A stretch of DNA of 64,000 nucleotides from Bugula neritina. Its lineage: Eukaryota; Animalia; Bryozoa. Location of the stretch: assembly GCA_964035545.1 (NCBI GenBank), contig OZ037765.1:5776698-5840697 (forward strand), written 5' to 3'. Shown one piece after another: positions 12,201-27,200 of this stretch. The position numbers and the translations under genes are program-made. The notes beneath the pieces were generated by a model. The model had not been told where the DNA came from and did no database searches. It saw nothing but the letters and a program-made list of their open reading frames with translations. Each line of letters opens with the position of its first letter. Position 1 is the stretch's first letter.

Positions 12201-15200
12201 TGGTGGGTTCTCACAGTCAGAGTTCCGTCCTTGCTCTTCCTTGTGGCAATCACCTGGTGCCACTTGCCATCATTATACGTGTTGTTTGAGGTAATCACAG
12301 CAGTACTAGAGCCGAGGTTGTACTTCCACACAACATGCCCGTCTACCATCTCAATGGCTAAAAACTCCTAAAAACAGAAATTAAGTCAGAATGTAAGAAT
12401 TCACTGTAAGTTAAATTAAAGACAGTATTTCATTGTGGTAATTACACTAACTGATGAGATATGGCCACTGACACAGCACCTAGTTAGCCGCGAAGACTAA
12501 AACAATTACGGTGAGAAACCGTGAGAATTACGTTAACGAGTGCTTACGACAATCATGAAGGCCCGTTTGACTAATCCAGATGATGTGGCACTCTGTGGTC
12601 CGATATATAGCAGCAAACCATTCGGATCAAGAGTCTGGAAGAAGAGACTGATTTCTGTCTGTTGTTGAAGCGACTCCACAAAATCTTCGGGAGCACGTAG
12701 CTGCACAGTTGTGTTCTCGTCTGACTTCAGCGCCACCTGTTTAACACACAATTGTCGCCATATATTTTTTATAACTGAACATTAACTGAAAGATCAATGT
12801 ATTCCTCAGAAACTATAGTATTATGTATATAAACAGCATGTGAATATATAATTTATTATATGAATTGAGTTACAATCTAATAATCAGAATAACTTGGCAC
12901 TGATGAGCAAGTGACATGAGGGTAGAATAAACACATGTATAGAGTTAGTGACATGCAATCACCTTTATCCTGTTGGCGATGGCCCGGGCGTTCTCAATTC
13001 TCTGTTGAAGAATGCTGATGGAAGCATTGAGCCTCTCTCTGGCTTCTGTCAGGTTGGGTTTTTTACTCAGCAAGCTTTCAGTTAAACTGGTTACATTGGG
13101 AGATAGGGATCTGATGGAGTCCACTGAAATGGCAGATGAAATCAGTTTGAGACAGCATACCATGAAGCCACTAGATTAAAGACAACTTCAAACATAAAAT
13201 ATAAATAGTATTGTCATAATATGATAGCTGTTAACATTGTGAGCTCCCCCTCCCCCCACTTATTATAATTATATAAATCCTGTATTTTATATGATAAATA
13301 ATTCAACTTAATAAACCAGCATCTGATCCACCATGCCTACAAATTATTAAAAATTACAAATACAAACAAGTTTGTATTTGTAATGAAAAATTACTGACAA
13401 AAAGAGCCGACTTACTGTTGGCTTTAATTTTGAGGATGTTGACTGCCATCTCTTGCTGGAAGGTAGGAATCTGGTTCACTCTGCCTTGGTCGAGAGCTAA
13501 AGAGTCTAAGATTGAGCTTACACTGGCAACTGCATCTTCAGCTTTTGTCTGCGAACTTCTAGCCAGTTCTCTGGCTGCCTCGGCATCTTCACGATTGGCT
13601 GCAAGAATATGGTTCAACACAAAATTATCCAATGAGAACAAGTTAAAAACGACATTGTTAAGCTTCAGCAGATGTAATATTAGCACCTGTATAAACCTGG
13701 CCAGAAACATACAATTTTGCTCTCACCGATGGTTTTATTGGAAAAATTAAAAAGTCACACAAAACTCTTGGCCTAGCACATTAATCTGTAAACCTGGTGC
13801 TAAATAAACTACCAAAACAGAAGACAGAATCATATCCATTTACAACGCTGTCAGGTTTACTTTAAATACTTGGGTGCGTGTGTCAACAGGCTAAACTTGA
13901 ATTAAAAATATTGACAATTGTAAATGCAATGTAAATATACATTACAGCTGCAGTAACTATCAAACGAAAAACTTTTTAGGACTGTAATACTAATGCTATG
14001 AGAATTCTTGAGTAAAATATACTTTTTCGAAGCGAGCCAATGTTGAACTGAGTCTCGGTGTACTTCTGCTCAATATCCAAGTTCTGTTCCTTCAAGGCAC
14101 CCAGTGCTGATAGGCTGTTATCCAGTCGTGTCTTCAAATCATTTGACGTCTCGTTTTTGAGAGTTTTGGCTTGTTGGAGCAGCTCTAAGCTGTCGGCCTT
14201 TACTTGCTCCGTATTGTTACTAATGTCAGCAGACTAAAGCAAAGAAATAGTCTTTTACAAACTATTCAATCAGTAATTTTGTACAATTTCAGTCATTGAC
14301 AAGTAGTCAAAAAATGTCAGGCAGTATTACATGCAACATCTATAGCATACAAAAATACCACTATAGTATGCAAACAGAATATGACAGCAATAAAAAACTG
14401 ACTAAAAACAGATTCACAGCTATTAGTTAAAAGCCTGCATATAGGTCACATTGCATAATATCATATATTATTAAAACTTGCACACCACATGTATACTTTA
14501 AAATTTCAACAGCTAACATTTAATATCATGCTGTTACAAATACTACTACGGCAAAAAAAATTATAAGCAACTATTGTAGCCTAAAATCTTAACTTTTACA
14601 GCAGGTTCGTAGCTTTAAACTTATAGATGTTAGCTAAAGTTAATTTGAGTTCAACAGTTATATCATTAGTTAGTAGCTATTTTCTAAATGTATTGTTTTA
14701 ATTCAGCTTACATTAAAAAGCAACAGTTATAAAATTTACTAGTATTAGTGTGGCGACATGGATTATCTATTCTCAAGTTGTTTGTATACTTACATCTCCA
14801 CAGCAAACACCAGTATCAAGCTTTAGTATTTCAATAAACGTAATTGAATAAAAGGCAAGTACAAGCCAGGCAAATACATAATATATTTAAACATATAAAG
14901 AATAAATTTACGCTATATTATGTTATAAGAAAACATATAAAAGTGGTATCAGGAACAATGAATCTAAACTTTAACAACATATAGCAACTCACTTGCTGGG
15001 TGGCCTTCAAGGCCATGTCAAATGCGTCTTGGGAAGCATTCTTAGCTTCGCTAATTGATGTAACAATGTTCTTGTATGCATTGGCAGCCTTTATAGCAGC
15101 TTCTGATGCCTTATTCAACAAACTATATAATACAGTAACAACACACTATATAATATAGTAACAACAAACTACTATATAACACAGTAACAACACACTATAT

Positions 15201-18200
15201 AATACAGTAACAACACACTATATAACACAGTAACAACAAACTACTATATAACACAGTAACAACACACTATATAATATAGTAATAACACACTATATAATAT
15301 AGTAATAACACACTATATAATACAGTAACAACACACTATATAATACAGTAACAACACACTATATAATACAGTAACAACATACTATATAATACAGTAACAA
15401 CACACTATATAATACAGTAACAACACACTATATAATACAGTAACAACACACTATATAAAACAGTAACAACACACTATATAATACAGTAACAACACACTAT
15501 ATAATATAGTAATAACACACTATATAATACAGTAACAACACACTATATAATACAGTAACAACACACTATATAATATAGTAACAACACACTATATAACACA
15601 GTAACAACACACTATATAATACAGTAACAACACACTATATAATACAGTAACAACACACTATATAATATAGTAATAACACACTATATAATACAGTAACAAC
15701 AAACTATATAACACAGTAACAACACACTATGTAACACAGTAACAACACACTATATAACACAGTAACAACACACTATGTAACACAGTAACAACACACTATA
15801 TAATACAGTAACAACACACTATATAATACAGTAACAACACACTATATAATACAGCAACAACACACTATATAATACAGTAACAACACACTATATAATATAG
15901 TAATAACACACTATATAACACAGTAACAACACACTATATAATACAGCAACAACACACTATATAATACAGTAACAACACACTATATAATACAGTAACAACA
16001 CACTATATAATATAGTAACAACACACTATATAATATAGTAATAACACACTATATAATACAGAATAACACATTATATAATACAGTAATAACACACTATATA
16101 ATACAGTAACAACACACTATATAACACAGTAACAACACACTATATAATATAGTAATAACACACTATATAATACAGCAACAACACACTATATAATACAGTA
16201 ACAACACACTATATAATACAGTAACAACACACTATATAATATAGTAATAACACACTATATAATACAGTAACAACACATTGTAATTAGAAAACATTTGAGC
16301 ACAACTATTAGTTACCACTTTGAGAAAATCTATAATCTTCAGTTGTTCTAGTATATCAAACAACATTAACCTGACCACCACCACAAATGAAGTATATTCA
16401 CTAGAAACCCTGGACACACCTTGTAATGGAAATATGACTCTTTTAACACTTACTTGCTGAGGTCAACAGCTTGAACTTTGAGACTGTCAGCATGTGCAAT
16501 AGCTTCATCGACTTTAGGTTTAGCCTCGGCATTGCCACTAGTGAGGTTCGTATGGAGAGAATTCAACTCATCTACCATAGTATCCAGGACAGTCAATTGT
16601 TCCTCCATATTCTGTAGAAAGAAACAAATGCAGTTACATAGAGACCTATACATACAGCTACACATATTCATATCAATTTATGACAGATATCATCTCAGTT
16701 ATGCCCTGAAAAGTAGCTGATTCAAATAAACATAAACAATGTTCCGAGTTTAGATTTTAAATGTTATAAACTCATGCATGTTTATAGTCGCCATTTCTGT
16801 GAAAACCTGTGATGGTAAGGTTATTTTAAGTGGCCTAAGAACTTGTTTTCTGTTGTGGCAAAAGAACAGTTATGACTGAATGCCCTTCCTAACATCACCA
16901 ATGGCCTTCACTGCGATTCGAACCACGAAGCCGGTGTATTAACCGCTAGACCACAGCTGCTTCTTTAACTTTTATAATTTGTGTAAAATTAATCTAGACT
17001 ACCAAGAAAAAAAATTCAAGATTAAAAGCCCACTCACTTGGAAAGTGGCGGTCGCATTAGAAATAAAACTGTCTGCTTCAGTAGTCAAGAGCAAAGCATC
17101 TACGATAGTTTTCTCCAGCTGATCTTTCAGCGACTTTATGTCGACAGTGCTCTGCTGCAACTGCTCAATAAGGTCCTTGAGTGTAGAAAGGTGTTCCTCG
17201 GCAGTAGCAGACCTATTCAGAGCATCATTAGCCTGGTCTTGCAAATCAAGCAGCCTCTCTTTCATGTCCTCGAGAGAGTCAGAGATGGTCATAAACCTCT
17301 CGGTAAGATTTGAATTTTGAGTGCTCCACCCTTCGACAATTCCTAGCGTTTCCAGGGCGCTAATATAAGACGAGTTGGCATCATCCAGCAGGTCGTCAAA
17401 CTCAAGTTGTCTTTCCTGCATGTTGGCAAGCATAGCCTGGGCATCTCTCAATAACCTATTGACGTCGCTAAGATCTTCGCTGCTTAGAATGTCATCGTAT
17501 CTCTTTCTGATGTAAGCTAACACATCTGTCAACAACAAGATATATATCAAGTCAGTAGAGATAATAACATGTTGTTGAGATAAAAACTGTCACCTCAGAT
17601 GTAATAGTGGGTGTAAAACTAAAATCAAGTAAATGATACTGAATAATTTATATTAAAAGGCAAGAACTGTGTATGATCCTTGTATGGCAAGACCTAGGTT
17701 AGTAATCATGAGTTAGTAGACTCGCCAGTAGAAAAAAATAAGCATAATCCCTTGTTGCTTGTTTCAACATTTGAGAATAAATATTTTAAGGTGCACTCTC
17801 TATAGATTTCACATCTTCATTGACAAAATAGCCTTGGTTTTTGGTTTGTTATCAAATTTTCAGCTTTTGGCACTCTTATCTCCACACTTCCACTATTGTA
17901 CTACATTGTAAAGAAACACGGCTAATTAAACTGAAGCGCACCATTGACTTGCTGCATGGCGTCTTCCTTAATACCACTAGTGTCATTCATCAGCTGCCAC
18001 AGTTGTCCGTACGACTTAGTGGTGCTGCTGGAAATTGTCTCCACTTGCTGAGCTTGTTTCAACGTGTCTGCAGCCATTTCCTGAACGGACTGCAACTCTT
18101 CAGACAGTAAATCGATCTCATCTGGATCCAGAGATCGTCTTGGAAGATTATCCAACTGCATCTACACAATATTCAGAACAACAATTAGAAGTAACAATAC

Positions 18201-21200
18201 ATTCCACGACACTCACTGCATGCTGACGCATGCGAAAAACATCATTTACCTAATCTCCACTAGCAGCAACATAATAGAAAATCATGTGCTACTACACAAG
18301 CTTAATACAGTGCTTCCTTCATATCTCACTGATTCATTTCTCACAAAATTCTAAAGGCCACCAGAAGAACTTGGACCCCATTTTGGGGCTTATGCATGTG
18401 TTTATAGGGACAAAATAGTTGAATTTAATGGATCCGTTAGTTAAATCTTTGAGACCCGAAGCTTAGTACAATTTGGAGGAACACTCTAGTAGTAAATATT
18501 GAAAGATTAAAGGAAACATGTTAAAGAGCCGGAGGTCAAATTTACTCACTTGAATGAACGGTATGGTTTCATTGAGTAGTTCCAGTCGCTTTCTAGCTTC
18601 GAATCCGATATTAATGATACGTAAGCTCTCCGATGCGTTAGCAATATCAAACTGTATAGAATCCGTGTCGTCCAGCAACGTGTGTACACAGTTATCACAT
18701 GCTTCACAGCCAGTGGATGGTATGAGCACCCACCTGTCAGCACACCTGTCACACCTTTCACCTGTCACTCCCTGCAAGCACTGGCAGATACCTGTCTCCA
18801 CAGAGCACCCTACAGCCCCATCTAAGGCACACTCACATGACTGACAACCTTCAGTAGTGAAGTTCCAGTGCTGAGGTAGACAGGAATTGCACTGCTTGCC
18901 AGAGGTGCCTGGTTGGCATGTGCAGTCACCTGAAATAGATGCACATCTCTCATAGATTGATGCATACATAACATGATAATAATATAGCATAGAGTTAGTA
19001 TGGCTATAAGCAACACAACAGAGGTTTGATCCCCCACTAACTGCATGTTTCATTAACACTTTAATACATAGCAGTATATTCTGGTTTAGCAAGTAGGGCA
19101 ATATAGTGGAGTATTGTAAACTGATGTTATTTATAGGTAATTTGTATCAGTATGCGTATTCTACAGATTTTAAAGCTTGCAAGATGAAAATATTGCCACT
19201 TATTATAATGAATATTCCCACAGGTAATAAATAGTATTATTCAAACATAAAACAGCTGACTTTATGAGAGTTGCTAAGATCATTCAAACCAAATGTCAAG
19301 CGTTTTCATACACACTGTATCTGAATCACAGCATACAAAAACTACAACCTGATTTAGGATTATCAGCAAAAAGCACAGGTTTTAATGATACTTTTGATGA
19401 TACGTATAATAATATGTATCATATAATCATATATATCATATAATCATATATATCATATAATCATATATATCATATAATATATTTACTCAAAAGTTACACT
19501 AAAGAAATAAAACGGAAAAGAAAATAAATAAAATGACTAGAGACACACAACTGATAGCCAACACACTCAAACTGAAAGTTTACAGAAACATATCCTCACA
19601 TGTGTAAAGATATCGTTAAAGTAGAATAGATTTACAGGAATGAGCATACCTGAATATATGTCACACTGAGAGCTATTGCTAGCAATGCTACAATTACAGA
19701 AAGAGCATCCATTGCCAAGGTGGAATCCCCACGTATCTTCGGCACACTGATCACATCTGTCTCCAACCACATTGTTTTTACACATGCATTTTCCAGTCTC
19801 TTTGTCACAAGATTCTGTGCCAAGTTCGTCACAGTCGCATTCTTTAATATAAATATATAATATTATTAATATATATTACAGCGTATGTTATACAGTTTTG
19901 TTGACTATTGGTATATAAAATATTATTTATGTATAATCCAAGGCTGTTATACACTGCATTTTAATTACTTTGCAGAATGGATGCTCTACTGGTGGATTGG
20001 TGGTTGCATTTGCATCAACCTATGGCTGTGGTTTCATTGATGCAACTGTTTCCAACATCAAATGAAAAACCCAATGCAAACTATAAATTAATACAAAACG
20101 CAACCACATATCCATCTGTATGAATGCAATTCAAAGCAATGGAAACGCAGTGATATAGAACTAATAATATCAGCTACACGGTAAGAAATGAACTGACTCT
20201 GACAGTTTTTAGCATCTATGGCATCTCCCCAGTAGAAGTCCGCACATTCTTCGCATCTTTCACCTTGAGTATTGTTTATACACACGAGGCAAGCACCAGT
20301 AACACCGTCACAACTAGCAGGATCAGAAGTGTCTATATTCCCATTGCATTCACAGGGAATACATCTCCCACCACTAGTATTCCGTGGGCTTCCGTAGTAA
20401 CCTGGTCCACACCTAAATTATATAATGTAATCGTTTATAACAGAAAATTCACAGTTTTAATAAGCCCGAGATAAGCGTATGTTAGCATTTACTACCCAAA
20501 ACAAATCCATCAAATACACTGTGTTTCCAAGCTTCGCATTATGCGAATAGATCATTCATTCGATGTTTGGAAACAGTTACATCGAATGAAACAAATTCAT
20601 AGCATCCATTCGCATAATGTGATGTAATGGAATCGCCATGATAAACAGCCAGTCAGAGATCAAAGTATATTAGAAAGCAAGAATAAATCTCACTCACAAA
20701 TCACGGAGTACACCATAACACGTACCAGTCACAATAAGGAGGCATATAACCAGATACGCAGTCACATTGCACAGTCTGGAAGCTTCCATCAGAGGAGAGT
20801 TCGCAGTTTTTAGCAAAGTTGTTGCTCTCAATGGGCATGGGGCAGGCGCAGATTGTACACTGCCCACCTTGCTCGGGGTCACCGGTGTAACCGAGCTTAC
20901 AATTCTCACAGTGATCTCCTTCCGTGTGACCTTCACATTCCTGAGAAGACATGTGTACAATCTTAGAAACTAAACCAGTGATTCTGCATTACACAAACGG
21001 ATCAAAATCACCAACACCAAACCAAGTATCTAAACAATCACTAAAATGCACAATCACTACAATAAACAACCACTAAAGTAATCACCATAAACGATAAAAT
21101 CTTATTTCATCATACAGTTATTGTCAACATATTGTTGCTCAATTCATTAACTATAAACTTAATCATAAGTGAAAAACACAATTCAACTGACCTGCACCAA

Positions 21201-24200
21201 TTATTGATGTCTTATTTCAAATAGCTTAGACGACTGTAAATACTGTCATTAAAAGTTGAAAATTTAATTAGCCGAAATATTATTTTTTTGAAAAGTGTTT
21301 AAACTTATAGACAAAAATAGAAGATCTACGCTGCCTCTTCAAAAAACATATAGACATCATTCCATAAGCAATACAAAAAGTGAATATAGTTTGTGCATAC
21401 AAATATATACATACACTGCAGATACCAGTTTCTTTATCACACATATTACTATGCCCATTACATTCACATGGAACGCAAACAAACGCTCCTGCAGCGTTGA
21501 ACTTTCGGTAGAAGCCATCAGCACAGTCCTACAATACCAGTTAGCAGCATTAGCAATAAATATTTGAAACAAAATACATAAAACAGATTTCGAGCAGTAA
21601 ATTTATATAAGTTAAACATTAATAAATATAGTAGATTACCTCACAAGATGTGCCAGCATAGTTGGGTGGGCACTGACACATTTCAACCGAGAGTGCGATA
21701 TCGGAGGAGAAACTCTCGCTAACATCACTAGAATTTGAACTGGAGTTTCTCTCAATGGCAATATCCAGTACCACATTGGCTAGAGTGACTTCAGGTATGT
21801 TGGTGTAGTGGTTGGCTTTGATCAGTATCTCATCCACCTGACATACACAACATGTTGGACATGTTAGAAGAGAATAAACAGAAAATGAGCAATTATAAAC
21901 TACTATACCTTTAAATTTTATACAGTTACATTTGGTGAAAACAAACTGAGCAAAAACTAAAAAAAATTGATATTACTTTGACATAAAACTAATGAAACTT
22001 CAGTGTAATTAATGAGTAATTAAATAGCATCAACTAGTATGAGTAATACATACCGCAGAAAGAACTTTCATCAGCTGTTCCCGAGTTACCATATCACTAC
22101 TTGCAGCATGTTGCCATGAGCTCTCCAGTATATCGACATTGATCTCTTCATCTAGTATTGGAGAGAGAAGAGTATAAACTAAAACCAGTCCTTTACCAGA
22201 GATCTGAACATCTGGTCCTGGTAGTTGCGTGAGATTCGGCTTAACTCCTGGAGTGACACCCTGATTGCTGACAGAGTATCTGATTTGACCACCATAGGAA
22301 GTCAGCTGCAATATTGCGTTCAGAATATTACAAGATATAACATACTGTATAATATGTAATAATGGATAGATACTGACTAATATATAATAATAGATAGATA
22401 CTGAATAATACGTAATACTAGAATAGATATTGAATAATACATTTCAGGCTCATGTAGACAAGATGAGTACACCATGCTACACTAATAATACTTATAAGTA
22501 AACGCTGTAACCAAACGTAGATACTATATATATACATGAAAATATTTTAAATATAAAACATCCTCAATAAATATACACAACATTGTATTGGATAGCAAGT
22601 ATAGTAAAATAAATAGTAATATAGGGGTACATCTTGAAATTTATATAGTTTAATGTGAAACATTGTTTACTAATTTAGATTATTATTAGCCTCTGTTGGC
22701 GGATTATATATCGAATATAATAGTTTTACAAATAAAGATACAATAAAACTTATCCCAGATATACGTTATTATCTAACTAGTGTTGGTGAATAAATACTGA
22801 ACACTTACTTTATTACCCAGATACACCTCTGGTGCCAGCCAGTACATGGCTATCTGCTGGGCCGCGGAGTCATTCAGTTTGGCAGTCACAATTGAATCAT
22901 TTCCAACTATCTCAGCTGTGCCATTAGCATTTATCAAATCAAAGCCACTCATGTTCATTACCTGAAATAGTTCAATGTATTAGAAAACTTCTTTAATCAA
23001 ATCTGTTTATAGTACAATTTAAAGCTTAAAGCATATGCCAAGATTTGGGAGTTGTCTCCACTAACCTTAGCCTTGAGCATACTCGACGACTGACAGGAGA
23101 AGGTTATTCCAAAACAGAAACATTTGGTGCAACCTTCGTGATTCCTAGCTTCCAGATTATAAGTGCCGGGCTGACACGTGCCACAGGTGTCCCCACCCGT
23201 GTTTAGTTTGCAGCTGCATTGTGACGTCTCGCTGTCACATATGATCTCTGTAGTACCAGCAGGGTCACAGTCACATGAGTCACAACTGGGATAGTTCCAG
23301 TGTCCGTTCATACACGCGTCACACTGACGTCCTACTACATTGGGCTTGCAGTCGCACACTCCTGTGTCAAGGTCACAGCTGAGATTGCCGTTCAGAACAC
23401 CTTCCGGTTGACATTTGCAGTCCATGCAGCCAATAGTTCTGTCGTATCCGTAAGTCTGTGGCACACACTGATCACATTGCGGTCCTGTAGTTCTCTTTGG
23501 ACACTCGCAAGCACCTGTCACTGCATTGCATGTAGCTGTGCAGTTGCATGCTACAAGTATACAATGTGAAATTGGCATAAAAATTCTTTTTTAAAATTAG
23601 AGTGTGTTACTAAACTAAATTTAATTGCATTAAGCTTTCTATTCATAGAGTACAATATTTTAAAATAAACTGAAGATACACAATGATTACTTTTCAAAAA
23701 ACCAAAGATTGGAAGAACAGTTGAAGACGAGGTTCACTCACGTTTGCAATCAGGAAACCCATAGTAGTTGTGTGCACAAGCAGTGCAGGTTCGACCAATC
23801 ACATCAGGCTTACAACGACATTGACCTCCAAACTCCGAGCATTGGAATGATTCGCTGCCCAGAGCGTCGCAGTCACATGACAAAGCGCCATTGTTGTATT
23901 CCGTGGTTACAGAGAATATAGAAGATCGGCAGAATGGTGAGATCTGTCCTTGCTCAGGACTAAAATATAAATTGTATTCAAAAATAGCCAATCAGGCTAA
24001 ATGCATAAAATGCAGTTACAAAATTTTAAACAGTTTTTAATTTTGTAGAGATCGAGAAAAAAGTTGTAAAATGCATTCAGTTAATAAAAATATTTATATA
24101 TATAACTCTTTAATTTATTTGAGTGCTAATAAAACAAACCTTCTATATATGTATACACTGCAATTATGCTTTAGAAGCTAAAAGCATGTCTTACAAAAAA

Positions 24201-27200
24201 TATCACTTGAGGTGGTCATACTTTTCCCTGTTTATAAGGGACACAATCAAATACATTTACTAAATTAAAATTGTAAGACCGTATAGATTAAAATATAATA
24301 CTCAAGAAACTTACTCGATGAAAAAATTTTCTCCAGTGCATTCTGAAATGTATCTTCCAGATAAATCATAAGGATTGAGTAACTCCAAATCTGATGTAAT
24401 TCGCTGCACATCATTGGTTGGTATCATCTGGACAAAATCAATCCACACAGTATTCCCATCGTCGGGGAGGGCCTTGATAGTTATCACAGCATCTCGAGAC
24501 AAGACATCAATGATTTGGTTCTTGATTTGTATATCATCAAATGTTACGATGCTAAAATTAAAGATTATTTCAATTACAAAATAAAATATTAGTCACACAA
24601 ATAAATACCTACAAGCACAGCCTACAAAGAGTGTTAATCAAGCAAGCCCAGATTTTGAATGTTATAAGGCAAGGAATCTGAAGTAGTCACTCCTTCTGTT
24701 TTTCACACATTTAAGGTCAAATAGAATAACACAATTAGAATACTAAAGTTTTCAGTTAATCAACATTCTATCCTACAATTACTCATATATATTCAAACTA
24801 CGGCATAATTAACATATTAAAAAATTATTTAAATGCTTTCGAATAAAGTGGTAGCATAGCATAGAGCTAGCATATTATCATTCAAACAATTATTTAACTT
24901 CCTTTCACCAACATACAGTAAGACAAGCACCTGTTGCAACCAGCAGTGTTGGGACAATAAGAGGCATCAAAGTATCCGGAATACATAACTCCATTGACAT
25001 CTACTGTCAGATTCACAGGAAATCCCACATCCTCAGCTTGGTAGTAGCGTACTACGATAGCATAGCTGTTGCTCGTCAAATTGTTGAATGTTATCACCAT
25101 ATTCTGAAATAGAAAGTAGCAAACGCATTCTTCTTACGTGTTTTAGTACCTCAAGTTATGTAAAATAGACAGATGCTACATTCAACACTCAACTTCATAA
25201 ACAAGCATTAATAATAAACGTGCACTTTCTCGTCAAATAAAATACTAACCATCAAATACGATATATTTAATAAATTTATAAATAAGAAGTTTAAAAGGAT
25301 GGCATGAATTCCGTACCACGACTTTTTAGTCTAATTATTTGATGGCCATGGTGAACCTTAAAATCAGTTTAGAATAGAAATAAGTTGACATGCATAACAA
25401 ACTGGTGATTTTATTGAAAAAATGCATCTAGTAAAGAACGTAGTGACTTTCACGGCCCATACACGTACACAGCATTGACAAATATACTCTGTCTCACCTC
25501 TGAGTGATCCAGTTTAGCAAATCTGTCAACTCCGCTGTCAGGGAAAGGCAAAGTAGAGTCGTTAGCATTAGATGGTGCGTTCATAATAACACTGTCGGCT
25601 ATTAAGGGGTATGAACTTTCAACACATTGTTCATCGCTTCTTACACACATCACTTGAGCTTTGATCATCTCATCCTTCCACTTTTCTTGAGAGATGGCGG
25701 AGATGTAACCCTGAAAACAAGACCAATTGCAATAAACTGAATTCTACATATCTGTATGAATACACCGGCGTTGAACAGAAATAACATCTCTCACATAGTA
25801 ACAGTATAAATTATATTTCACAGTTGAGATCTAAAGTTAAATTCCGGATCGTGCCTTACAGAATCATAAATTTCAATTGACTTAATTTTTTTTAAGAGAA
25901 GCTTGAACCACATATCAAACTTTAACTGAAATCAATTTAAATCTAAATAAAACTGCTCAATTAGAATTGCACCGAAGTGTGACCCTATTATAAAAATACA
26001 GCAAGCATTATTAAGTGAAACTACATAAAAGTAATGTATATGCCCATGCGCTTTTTGCACTTAAACTTAAATATCGACTTACAATAGAAGCAATAGCATC
26101 CTCATCAGCTATGATGGATACAGTGATGTTAGCAGTGGGCGTGTCAAGAACCTGTTCCCCATTGTCCATGTCGATAACTACTTGACGACACAGAGAGCTG
26201 AAATAATTTCAAACAAACTTCCAATATACTATGTTAAAACTTATGAACAAAAACAAACATTAATTTTGGTAGCAGCTTATTAGTTGTTTATATTTCATGT
26301 AATATAATACTAGTACCAACCTGTATTCGCATTCGTAGATAATGACTTTGCCAACAGTTGTATTGCCTCCCTCAGGTGTCATGTTCACCATAAGGGTCTG
26401 TTTAACATTCAATGAGCTCATGTAGCCGACCACAAACACATACTTTCCTGGCGACTCCAGACTCATGTTGAACACAACTTCACGCTGATCATTTTCCAGC
26501 TGAGAAAAAATCAATATATGCATCATAAAAAACAAACACTCTTTTTCATATGAAAAAAAACGTATAAAATTATTTCTACTAACAAAAATGTTAATGAAAA
26601 TGTTTTTACCAGAACTAAGTCGGGGAAGTTCAGAGGAATGAGAATGTCCCGGTTTGTTTCCAAGAGGACTTCCTCTCCATCTGGACGAGTGGCGGCAGCT
26701 CCATCCAGCTGGTTGAACTTTGAAAGGTCAAGGTAAGTGTAGTGCAAGCATTCCTGTTTGCTGTTGACCATGCAGGGGTTTCTCAGTCTATCTTGCAGAT
26801 TTGAGCCGCTGTAGTAGACTTGAGGCAACAGCACCAAGTAGTCCTAGAAATATGATCATAGTCTGTTAGCTTCCCCAATTACTGTGTACGTTAACCTGTG
26901 ATGCTGTGATAAATTTAATTATAATTTAATATAGCAATGAATCGAAAATTAGAAAAGATGGTAATTTGAAGTTGCATGCTCCTGGAATTATGAGATTGCT
27001 ATGACATCAACTGTCAAAATAACTCTGCAAAACATTTGTCAGAATAGCTGCTTGCAAAAATGTTCCAACTTAATATTAGGCTGCAATTACTTTGCATAGG
27101 AACTACTATTGCTTAAAACAAGGCAAATTATGTATAAGCTATTGAAGCTTCAGGGTACAAAAAGTAGATTAGTAAATTATTAGGCGTTACATTTTAAACG

